From NCBI GenBank assembly GCA_002633005.1, contig NMRA01000116.1, forward strand, positions 109,720 to 154,522: DNA of 44,803 bases. Direction: 5' to 3'. The position numbers were made by a program, and so were the translations under genes. This stretch comes from Phoronis australis. Its lineage: Eukaryota > Animalia > Phoronida. Each line of letters opens with the position of its first letter. Position 1 is the first letter of the stretch. Shown here one piece after another: positions 11,735 through 22,073 of the stretch. Below the pieces are notes generated by a model. The model ran no database searches and was not told where the DNA came from. It saw nothing but the letters and a program-made list of their open reading frames with translations.

Positions 11735-11800
11735 TTAGTATTGCAAATGATATGAAAAGGTTGATTGATAAACTACCCACAGTGTCTGGTACCACCTGGC
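11503..11800 (+). pseudogene. Short non-LTR retrotransposon RT relic interrupted by a microsatellite
   Basis: IGVRQGCHSPFLFSLV resembles the GVRQGCxLSPxLF RT motif; DMKRLIDKL follows after the TG tract. Confidence 0.65.
11671..11730. repeat. (TG)30 microsatellite
   Basis: 60 nt of perfect TG. Confidence 0.99.
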
Positions 11801-11957
11801 TAACTCATAGAGTTGGTGACGGGATGTTATTTTTATCCGAATCTATTTTGTCTGGGATATGCTGTGTTGCAGAGTAAAACAAGACGTGGATTGTCGAATA
11901 ATGTCATTTACCGTATTCAGCCGCGCCATTAGGCGTCTTTGCGTAATTGCACTTAAT

Positions 11958-12350
11958 ATGCGAAACTTAGCTAGTACATGTGCCAATATGCGAACCACTT
12001 GAGTAAAAAAAGGCCGCGAAAAAGGCATTAGTTCGGATATAGGCTCATGGGCCTTAAGTGCGCGGCAATACGGTAATGCAAAGCTATTTACCAAATTTCC
12101 TGAAAATACACCAAGCTTCAAAGACATAGAGGAAAATTGCCGTTAGGGGGCACAACCGGATAGTCAAAACGGGTGCACCTACATGCGAATTTTTGTATGA
12201 GCCTATGCAAGGGACATTCACCTTGGCTTATTTGCGAAACTTAGGCGCGTGGGTCAATATGCGAACCAATGGGGTAAAAAAGACCGCGAAAAAGGCAGTA
12301 TTTGGGATATAGGCCCATGGGTTTAAAGGTATACTACAATACGGCAGTAC
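11958..12350. repeat. ~120-bp imperfect direct repeat, 2 copies (~11958-12080 and ~12232-12350)
   Basis: tgcgaaacttag...caatatgcgaacca...gtaaaaaa...ccgcgaaaaaggca...ggatataggc.catggg...caatacgg appears twice. Confidence 0.75.
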
Positions 12351-14564
12351 GCCAGTACAAAAAGTAACACAAAGCAAGACTCTGCGAGATGGACATTGGA
12401 AAAAAACGTCATGCTTGCAGTATAAGAATACTACCAGTAAGTGGAAAGAGAAGATACCGTCTCAAAATTTAAAAGTGCAATTTTAGAATTATTGGTTAAT
12501 GGCAGCAGACCTCAGACCGGTGTCTTTACCATTTCAAATACCTAAAAGGATTTGGCTCAGCGACGGTGCGCCCGGCTGCTACTGGAGTTTGTGGATCAGT
12601 TCAGTTCTGTCCGCACTACTACTAATTTCTGCTGTCCTACTTTCTATTTAGACTGTCCTGCTGATCAAAGGCAATGGTATTTATTCGATGAACTGCGTGT
12701 TCAAGATATGAATGTTGAAAGTCTACTGTGTGCTAGCAGTAGAAGCATTTTAAGTCATGAAATCAGGTTTATTGTATAAACGCAGAAGCCAAATATTGCG
12801 GAATAGCTGAGATACGCGCAGTCTTTTTGTTCAATGCAAAATTGAATAATGTAATGTGAGTCGGAGGCCGGTTTATGTAAATAAATAAGCATATATGGGA
12901 AGTACAGTGCCCAGACGAAAATATAGAGATTTAGCACGGCATGCATTTCCACCGGGGGAAGACGGTCGCCTGAGTACATAGGGGGGAGACGTGATGGATT
13001 GACATAATGATGAAACGCTTGTGGTGCGAATTACAGAAGGTCCAAGTCCCACTGTTCTCGTGGGGCTTCGCCAGTGTTACGGTTTCAGAACGTAGATCTT
13101 ATTCTGTTTGTGGATGTGCTGCTTGACCCCGTTTTAGTGGTGTCCAGTTGGAACTCATGGGTCCGCGTCCCAAAACTAATCAGAGCTACAGCAAGGCTGA
13201 GTACTCACAATTATCGAAGCAAATCTTTGTACTCACATACAATATCCACAACCCTACTCTCGTGTGTAATTGTTTTTATACGCCTTCAGTTAGCTGGTGA
13301 TGTTGCGGGGATTGTAAAAACCATCACAGAACTTACTCCTTTCACTTTCCTTTTGACCACTAAAGGGTTGTAGAATTCTTGCTCAATATCGATAACGTCT
13401 AAGTCTCCTGACGAATTTATTCCTCCATGGGAAAAATTCAAAGGCAAGGCAGTTTCAGTTTCACTTTGAAGGAGTCAATGCGTTTACGCGTAAGACTGCT
13501 ATTGTTTGTTTTGTAGATTAGGCCTTTAGTCGCTCCTATTCAAGTCGTTCCCAATACCTATAGTCAGGTTACACTCCAAGAGTAGGTAAGTATTCTGAAT
13601 TGATTCGCGTAAATCAATGAGCTATACCAGGAGCTCATTGCGTAAATATAGCGACTGTCAACCCATAAAAATTTTCGGAAAGTAAGAGTCGAGGCAAATC
13701 TGATATCATTCACAAAACCCGGACCATTCTTGTGATCACGCGTTTTTGCTAAGAGTGTCATTCTTGAAATAGGGTATCATAAAAGTCTTCTCGCCAGTCT
13801 TCATCAACCTGAAGTAAACCTTTGATAGAAATGATAAAAATAATTTGTGGAATTATTCGTAACTAGAGTTCATTTTCACTGATAGTAAAAGTACGTCCAA
13901 GTCAACATTAATGAATTCAAATCAATCATAAAAATAACCAAAGCTCTAGTAAATTTTTGAGACTCGGTTTTCGCACTGTACATTGTAAAAAATGAGAGAA
14001 TTCACGGTTCAGGACTCTTTCTCGAGATATCGTGTTCCGGGATTTTGTGATCGAAAACAATAGTTGAACCACGCTGCCAAAAACCAGTCTTCCGTTACAA
14101 AAACTATAAAATAGTAAAAGTAAAAGTACGACCGTCGGTACTAAAATATATTAAAATATTCCGTACCTTTCGAGCGATACGCTATCAAAGGCATGACACA
14201 GACCTGCCGAATAAATGGATAAAAATAAAATAGCCCAGGTGACCGCACGGTGATACACAATAGGCAGCAGGAACAATATCGGTCATTACTTCCAACAGTG
14301 GGGTTGGCATGATGAAAACAGAGACATAGGTATTCTGTTTCACTACAAATACACTGTGCATCACTATGCGGTCACACGTGCTGTTTTACTTATATCCATC
14401 CGATTCAGCAGCCTCTGTTATGTCCTTGAGAAGGAGCATACCGATCGAAACGTGGGAAATATTATATGTTTAGTATCGACGCTCGTCGTTTCACTTTTAC
14501 TCATTCTTATCCGTTGGTTACTGCAGGGCATTGAAAAAATCTTGAATTCGACTATACTTACTTT

Positions 14565-14834
14565 AAAATTAGCGCGTAAGTAAATAACGACATTCTATTC
14601 AATGTTTCGGTTCATTACTCTAAATAATTCTCAAATTCACTGACTCAAAACAGGCGACACAGGTGGAGAAGAGACTGTCCCCTCACAATACATTTTGACG
14701 TGTACGTGTACAGTCTCTCCTCTGTCTGTGTCGCCTGTTTTGAGTCTGTGAACTGTTTCCTTGAGAATGGTTTAGAGTAATAAACCGAAACGTTGGATAG
14801 ATATTATGCCGTAATTTACTTGCGCGCTAATTTT
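14565..14834. mobile_element. Inverted-repeat element resembling an inverted Penelope-type pLTR
   Basis: Arms 14565-14678 and 14710-14834 are imperfect reverse complements, and the right arm contains a hammerhead-like core. Confidence 0.7.
14753..14800 (+). ncRNA. Minimal hammerhead ribozyme-like motif (U3-A8 core variant)
   Basis: TTGAGAA (14761-67), T, stem II GGTTTA/TAAACC, GAAAC, GTT, and a weak stem I (ctgtttcc/ggatag). Confidence 0.5.
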
Positions 14835-14890
14835 TAAGTTCGTGCTTCTGTTCTGGCCTAAATCAAACTAAATGCGATCACTATACTTAC

Positions 14891-15400
14891 CGTTATGAAA
14901 TTGGTCTCAAGTTTTTCCTTAATGAAATTCATGGAGTTGATTCAGGGCCAGCTCGAAAGACCCGCAATTCGTTATTGCATCAATGAGATCCGGCTCTGAG
15001 AGGTTGGCTTGCCAGTCACGGCGAGTCAGTCACACTTTATCTACTGAGCATGCACCTCAACGAATAACAAACTGTACGTTCTTTACAGACCCAGGGTCCC
15101 GTTTCATTAAACTATTTTAGTGTTAACTTTGACCGAAATAACAATGGTGTCACATATCACGTCGCGCTTGTTGAACAATGCTGTTGACGTCATGCCAACA
15201 ATCAAAACTTGAGACTTCAACTTACATGAAACGGAGCCCCGAGATCACTTCCCACAAGAGTAAAAAACAGTTGAAACCAATTTTACGGTGGTTGGAAACC
15301 GTTTATATTACTTAAGCACTCGAGCCGGTTTGGAAAGGATGACGATTTATGACCGTGGAAGAGGAGTTAGACTGCATCGTGACGTCATCATGCGGTTAAT
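14891..15400 (-). promoter_or_regulatory. Candidate promoter and non-coding first exon of prominin paralog B
   Basis: Strong donor ACG|gtaagt at 14890, Inr-like TCAGT at ~15047-15043, and TGACGTCA (CRE) at 15380-15387. The ATG exon has its own acceptor, so an upstream exon is needed; an alternative donor exists at 11430. Confidence 0.3.
15094..15240. mobile_element. Harbinger-like MITE
   Basis: Imperfect TIRs gggtcccgtttcat / atgaaacggagccc. Confidence 0.55.
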
Positions 15401-15892
15401 TAGAATGTCTCCACCACACTACTTATAGTTGGGTAACTGATTCACCGTTCCTAGGAGGAACTAATTCCAAAACCGGGACCCGCCGACAGTGCACTGAAGT
15501 GGTTTAATTAAAAAGTTCGCTTCTTGGACAGATTGTGGGTATAACCGCTTCCCCAATTGAACCATGTTTAAAACTCGACATAAATTGGGTGTTAGAAAGG
15601 CTACAGGTGTACCTTAAAATAAGGACTGGGCCTTCTGTAGCGGACAAATTATCGAGGACAAAAACCATTTTCTCAACTGTGACACATCACGCTCAATATC
15701 GAGAAAGATAAACAACCTTCCGTCAGTAAACTGATGTCAACAAGATAATAAAGAATTTGTTCACCTTTCAGTAAAGGGTTTCTCAGCCTTTCAACTTCGT
15801 GAGAACCTGGTTACGAACCGTTAGTATCCTAATGGTGTTTTTGTATCATGGACCTGTGGCCTTTGTCGGTTACAGAAATATATTTGACACAT

Positions 15893-16003
15893 TCAGCCGA
15901 TTTCATAAAGGTGGTTTAAAACTAAACCTGGTTTAAATTGGACTTAGACCAAGTTTAATTCTTAAACCTGGTTTTGTTAAACCACCTGTATGAAATCGGC
16001 TGA
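15893..16003. mobile_element. Hairpin MITE (Harbinger-like)
   Basis: tcagccgatttcataaaggtggtttaa is mirrored by ttaaaccacctgtatgaaatcggctga. Confidence 0.75.
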
Positions 16004-16595
16004 TTGTGTTTCTGTGCAGGAATCCTGCCGTCAAGACTGTTTATTGGTAGGAGCCAGAATTTGATTAGGTGGTTCGAAGATGAAACCTCGTCGTTTTAGA
16101 GAGTAAACATGACAAATTTGCCAGAAACGTTTATTTGAAATAGACATTACCCCGTTGTTTAATACCAGAATTTCAACATATGCCAACACACGAATTACCA
16201 CTTATGTATTGCTAAAAACGTTTTGCGAGAAACAGGTTCAATGCAGTTTTAGTGAGTCTCCGTGTGATGAATGAATAACCCAGTTGAAATTTTAGATTAC
16301 TGAAATTTATTGGAAGGACAACGCTGATGTGTGAACACAAGTGAGCCTATAGAAAATCATGAATAAGAACACAAATAAAGATATCATAGTGGACTTTAAA
16401 AAACTTGAGAATTGAGCAACAAGAATAAGAAAAGGAAGTTCTGCTGCAAAGAACAGGGCTTAAAAACGGTAATTCTAAAAAAGCATGTCAGTGATTCTGA
16501 TACAGAAAATAAAAAAATAATCATGAAGCGTTAAAATTCGGGAGCCAATGACGTCTGTAGTCTGCTGACTAAGCATGTGTTAGTGGACGACATGG

Positions 16596-16739
16596 AACCT
16601 TGGAAGGAGGGAAAGGCAGGCGACACCAAAAAACCTTTCAAGGAGGGAAAGGCAGGCGACACCAAAAAACCTTGGAAGGAGGGAAAGGCAGGCGACACCA
16701 AAAAACCTTGGAAGGAGGGAAAGGCAGGCGAGACAAAAA
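16596..16739. repeat. 36-bp minisatellite, 4 copies
   Basis: aaccttggaaggagggaaaggcaggcgacaccaaaa x4, nearly identical, with no spacers. Confidence 0.95.
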
Positions 16740-17111
16740 AAAACAAACAAAAAAACGCCTCCAACATGCCAGGTTTCAAAAAAATTTCACTTCAAAAATA
16801 ATAGTCAAGACACCCAGAGACATCCTAGATCCCTTCATAGTTAGCAGTTATTCCTCTGTTACTTCCAGCATAAATGATTACCAAAACAGTAATTCCTCTA
16901 TTTTTCAATTAGTGAATGCCTTTAGAGTGATACAGATACAGATAACCATGCAAGTCTTACCAGGCTTGTTACAACAGCAAAATAACAAGTGAAATGCTAT
17001 TACTTCCACTGATAATTAAATAAAATTTCCCTTATTCCTTCCACATACTGCGAGTTAAATAGAATAATTGCCCTAATCATTAATAATTAATTAATTAAAA
17101 TCAAGTGAATT

Positions 17112-17718
17112 TTAAATTTCAGTCGTCAGGGGTTGTTCAGGCACTGGTGAGATGCTTTCCTGTGCTGAAGTAGAGAGCTTGTCAGCATTGGAGGAAATGA
17201 ATGTCTTCCTTGGTTCATCATTGGGAACGCAGGATGCTTCTGTGGGTGGAGTGTATGACTCCGGTCTAGTATTGTCAACAAGGGGCGCTGTGAAAGGTTC
17301 AGGAACGCTGGTCAGTGCCTGTTCAGGATCATCGACATCTGTCTCTGGTCCAGGAGATGCTGTCTGTGCCAGTGGTAAAGGGGAGGGAATGTCTGTGTGC
17401 TCCTTTGCAGGCGCCAGAGTAATGAGAGCTATCTTTGGTAAGGACGAAGTCTGAGCCAGTGGGGCAGAGGGGAGGATGTCTGGGGGATCGGAGTTCTCAA
17501 CTGGGGTGAAAGAGGAGAGTGTCTGAAAGGGGAGAGTTACAGCAGCAATGTCATTTGTGATTGTATCAGCAGAAGCCTCTGGGTTAGGCTGACAACTCTG
17601 GTTAGCCTGGAGCGAGGTACGAGTGTTCCCCGGCAAATACATGGGTTGATATGAGAGAGATCCAGCAGCAATGGGAGCCATCGGTACAGAGCCAGCAACA
17701 ACAGGGGGCGGAGGAGAG
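17112..17718 (-). CDS. PROM1: Prominin-like paralog A, terminal exon encoding a ~200-aa Pro/Ser/Thr-rich cytoplasmic tail ending ...PLTTEI
   Basis: Acceptor cttcttacag| is phase 2, matching the TA| donor of the TM5 exon. It is a 607-nt open frame with coding-like GC content. Confidence 0.7.
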
Positions 17719-18760
17719 CTGTAAGAAGACACACAGTGAAGGTCAAGACACTCACCTGGCTGGAAGCAAGATAAAACACTAGTTATACACAAATAAAGAT
17801 AAATATTTGAAGCTGAAATTACAAGGCTACATTTAAGATTCAGTGAATGTTTTAGTGAAGTCAAAACCAGTAGCTATTCTGACATTCAAAACATTCAAAT
17901 CATGTTTGCATACATAAGGCAAATGTTAAAAATGAAAATGCCTTTGTGAACAACTCAGAGTCATTCCCGACTTATTTCATGGTTTAGCATAATCAACACA
18001 GGGTTACTTGAGAAAACCGTCTGCTCTGACTGCAAGTTGATTGGACCCCCAATTTGTTAAATGACGTATTGCGTAAAAGATTAAACAGTACGGTAAACCT
18101 TCACATTCAGAAATTACAGAGCTGAATTTTTGCCAAAACCTTGTCATGTAAATGACCCAGTCAGAACATTGCCTTGCAATGCACCAAAGGTTTTGACATT
18201 TATGGCTAAAGCATGTGTCACTACAAGAACAAAAAAGTTAAAGCATAAGGTTCAGTTTTTGTTAACTCAACCATCTTTAGGTCCGCATTCAGCTGACAAA
18301 GAAACTAAGTTTTGATCTGTATCGACTTGTTCTTGACACAGATGAAGAGCAATCTCTGTGGTGGGGAAGAACTGATCATTGGATTGTGCTGAGAATTGGC
18401 TCGAAGCATAAAATGGCAAGCAATGTCATGGACCTTAATTAGCCACAGATGTTATGGCCAGACTTTTTAGAAATTACCCTGTTATACAAAAGGATTACAT
18501 CTTGATGGCAGCAAATTTTGTGACACAAACAACAGAGTATCTGGAGTAGGTGAAAACCCTTACAACATTTTAGGGGGATAGCAAAAATCTTTGGTCACAC
18601 ATTCATGTCAAAAACTGGGTCACAAAACCCTCAGACACAAAAAATGACAGAGGGTTCACCATGTTGCCACTACTTGAATCAACGAGTGGGTACTTAGCAT
18701 AGGCTGTCGCCAAAACAAGAAGAAGATTTACCGTATGTTTAGTCTTGTCAGATTGAAGTG

Positions 18761-18806
18761 TTAGATAGTCGACGAGTAACCGGAGTAAGACGACTGGGTA
18801 AATGCA
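18761..18806 (-). CDS. PROM1: Prominin-like paralog A, candidate alternative C-terminal exon (YAFTQSSYSGYSSTI*)
   Basis: Acceptor ctttgcag| is phase 2, and a donor ACG|gtaaat at 18731 lies 29 nt after the stop. Confidence 0.45.
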
Positions 18807-19413
18807 CTGCAAAGCAGGTTATATGCATTAGCATCAGGGATAAAGTTATAGGAAGTGGTGATTGTCTAGCTGACCAATGGGATGTATCGTAACTGACAAT
18901 CATTTGAATATTGACTGCATTGGCTGCATTGTTTGCATCATGTGAATTTTTTCTGGTACTTGTGCCTTGGATTGGGCATTCAAACAAAAAATGAAACTCA
19001 TAAAAACAGAGGATGATTAGAATCCCAGGAGAAGCTTCTGGTTTTAAAGTGTACCACATCAGATTTCTTGAATTAAGTCCAATCATAAAGCTAATACACT
19101 TAGCACAAAAAAAAAATAAAATCAATTAACATTCGACAACTGGCACAATGACATCAACAGCATCATAATCGACAACACCATTTTATCCAATTTGGTACAG
19201 AAATCATGACAGTAAATAACCAGAAAGACACAGGCAGAAAGATGTTTTGATATTCAAATTATATGAGAACTTGATGAGCATGAATGTGTTTTGTGACTAC
19301 ACTGGAAATGATCAACTGAATACTGATACATTAATATGCACCCCGTGGTTTCAATCCAATTTTCCACCAGTAACACTCCAATGTCAGTGAACAAAACTGC
19401 TAAATGACCATAC

Positions 19414-19562
19414 TATTGAGAGGTGGGTGACTGCAGTTGTCCTCTTGGGTCAGCACGGTCAAGCTCGGTCATTCGATAGAAGTACTTGGACAGTAACATG
19501 GCCGATATACAGGCAAACAGACAGAAAGATAAAGTGAAGGAGATACTGATCCAGACACCATT
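19414..19562 (-). CDS. PROM1: Prominin-like paralog A, TM5 exon (NGVWISISFTLSFCLFACISAMLLSKYFYRM...SPTSQ)
   Basis: Acceptor ctttacag|, phase 0. It matches the prominin NxFW...LAKYYRRM TM5 pattern. Donor TA|gtatgg; read-through gives TAG. Confidence 0.88.
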
Positions 19563-20486
19563 CTGTAAAGCAAGCAAGCAACCACTGAGTCAGTCTTATA
19601 CTGTATATTCTTCCTCCTTAGCAACCGGCGTGCTAATAGCATAGAAAAAGGCCGGCCTATAGAATTGGTACAGAAGCATCTCAACTGCAAAAAGACATCT
19701 TTCTGACTTATCACTGTCAAATTGTAATGAAAACATCAACGCGTTAGCTAGGTTTTGAGGAATGTTAGCAACAGCATTTTATTATGTGGCGAGACAGGTT
19801 ATTGCCTGTTAGCATTGTTAGCTATTCATATTCAAAAGCCCATTTATTCACCTGTTGTTACGCTATCTATTGATACGTAGATGTCAGTGCAGAGAACCCA
19901 GAGAAAAAAATTGTGGTTTAGGCACTAGAGCAATGAATTTTATAACGAACGACTGTACTATTTTTTGGTAGTCGCGGAATATTGATTAGACTGCAGTGCT
20001 CAGAGTTCTTAATTACAACCGTTCAACTCTAAGCTCCAAACATTTATATTGTGAGCATGACAGGTGCGTTCTCTAGTAACTACCCAATGAACTTGTCTCA
20101 TATGATACTAACTGTTAATTCCATTGCATTTGAACAAAATTACAAACTATGCTCCCGAGCAAGATGTTAATAAATGCAAGACAGAGAGCTGATTTCTGCT
20201 GATTCTAGCTTCTTCAGATTTCTCATATTCAGTTCACAATGCCACAGGCTCTTGTAAGGACACAATGCAACAGCCTACACAAGAGAAATTGTTATCCTGA
20301 ACTAGAGAAAAGGCTTGAAGAACAACACATGCAAAAAGATTCTAATTAAAGAATGTTTGCAAATAAGGCTCAAAATATTGAACAAATTTAACAAAATTTT
20401 AGAACTGATCCATATTCCAGGGTTTCCCATACTCATTTTGCTGTGCACATGGTTGTACTGAGCTCAGCATTGGAACACCTCCGTTA

Positions 20487-20566
20487 GTTTACAAGCAAAA
20501 CTACTGTAAAATTTCTTTAATTTGGAGTTTGCAAGCAAAACTACTGTAAAGTTTCTTTAATTTGGG
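20487..20566. repeat. 40-bp tandem duplication
   Basis: gttt(a/g)caagcaaaactactgtaaa(a/g)tttctttaatttgg x2. Confidence 0.85.
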
Positions 20567-21385
20567 GATAGTCTGAAAATTTGGGACATAGAAATTCAAG
20601 CAGAAGTCGAATTTTTTGATTCTGAAGATTGGGGCACGGTCAGTTTTAGCGTTTGTTATATTTTTCAAATATTGGACACTGCATTTTGTATATTTTGAAC
20701 ATTTATCGAGTGCAAATTTACTTTACAAGGCAATTACATGCAGTTAACTATTGTTCCGTGTGGCATCATTCACTCACGCCACTAACACACACAACTGACT
20801 AACATTAAAAATAAATTTATAAATAATTCATATCCACACAAATTATTGGTGGGTGGGTGCATCTTTCTGCTGCATCTCTGGCAGATTATCATCCACCTTT
20901 ACAGCTCAACATACTATAAAACTTTTGTAGTTAAAATATCGATATCAGTTGTAGTTTAGTTTGTCATAATATATATGACCTTTTATCTCACCCTCACGTG
21001 TTGTTTTACTGTGAACTAGCTTCGGTATAGCTTCGCAGTTAGCGCATATAAAACAGGCTAAGAACAAGCCATCAAATGAATTTTATATTATAACAGTATA
21101 ATTACGGTTTGAGTAATAATAATTATGTGAATAAATAATGGAATGAATTAACACACTGCAATGTCCAGTGGTACTAAATTCCATAATGGGGCACCCGAAT
21201 ACACAAAGCACTGACGTACGCATGCTTCCCTTAGAGTCTGAGAGACCACACAAAACTAAGTTTTCACCGTCCCAAACTAGATAAGTCTTACCCTAATTCC
21301 TCAGTTTTATTTACAACTTAAATAAGATATATAATACATTTCAATGGTAAAATGGAAGATTTTGCTACAATCAAACAGAAGTTAC

Positions 21386-21478
21386 CATGGTGTTGGTCAC
21401 TTTCTTGCACAACCCAGTAACGATAACAGCGTCATAAATGTTGTAGATGCTTGCACAAAGGAACATCTTATCCTTCAT
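21386..21478 (-). CDS. PROM1: Prominin-like paralog A exon (MKDKMFLCASIYNIYDAVIVTGLCKKVTNTM)
   Basis: Splice sites tacttag| and |gtaact, 93 nt, phase 0/0. It carries the conserved Cys pair preceding TM5. Confidence 0.9.
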
Positions 21479-21726
21479 CTAAGTAAAAAATAAAAAAAAA
21501 TCAAAATTATAAGACCAAAGAGCTTCAACAAGACATAAAGATAACACCTTTCATCATATGTAAGCAGGCCGCTCAGCGAGGCCATAATGACAACAGTATA
21601 ACAAAACAGAGAGAACATCCCATAAACCGTGGTTGAGCTAACAAATACGACGAGTTATTTGACCCCAATAGTGACACTTCTTCAATACTTGATTGATCAG
21701 GTGCCAGACAGACAGCACATACTCAC

Positions 21727-21795
21727 CATTGTCAGAAGATGATCCACAGACAATATTGCAGTATCAACCAGGCGTTCAATATAAGCATCAGATAA
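21727..21795 (-). CDS. PROM1: Prominin-like paralog A exon (LSDAYIERLVDTAILSVDHLLTM)
   Basis: Splice sites tttctag| and |gtgagt, 69 nt, phase 0/0. Confidence 0.85.
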
Positions 21796-22073
21796 CTAGA
21801 AATAGAAGATTGGGCAGTCATCTACAGTCTGTAGTTAACTAAGTTAGGTATTATATATAACTCGTTCCTGTAAGAAATCAGTATCCTAACACCTACGAGG
21901 TGGCTGAATACGTGCCTTTGCAGCTCTATGGTTCCAAAATCACAGATTAAGCCTGTAAACACTCTCAATACAAACAAGGTGAAAAGTGAAGAAAGACTTT
22001 TCAATTTTTAAATGTTACTGAAGTAGCCCAACAGCAGTATAGAACAGAAAGTGTTTCTCACCAACCAAAAAGG

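Noticed and set aside
11514-11795. (TH)n and (CV)n ORFs
   Set aside because: These are translations of the (TG)30 microsatellite.
16531-16992. Repetitive ORFs (KEGKAGDTKKPW etc.) and a possible CRISPR-like 36-bp repeat
   Set aside because: The units are directly adjacent with no spacers in a eukaryotic context. ORFs are open in several frames simply because the unit is 36 bp and lacks stops.
17152-17454. Plus-strand 100-aa ORF
   Set aside because: It is the antisense shadow of the terminal prominin exon.
18899-18965. Possible exon TSTRKNSHDANNAANAVNIQMI
   Set aside because: It has a weak aag acceptor, and joining it to the phase-2 TA| donor creates an immediate TAG.
19570-19720. ORF segment ...PFSMLLARRLLRRK as the TM5 exon
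   Set aside because: The real TM5 match is in another frame starting at the 19562 acceptor; this segment lacks a hydrophobic helix.
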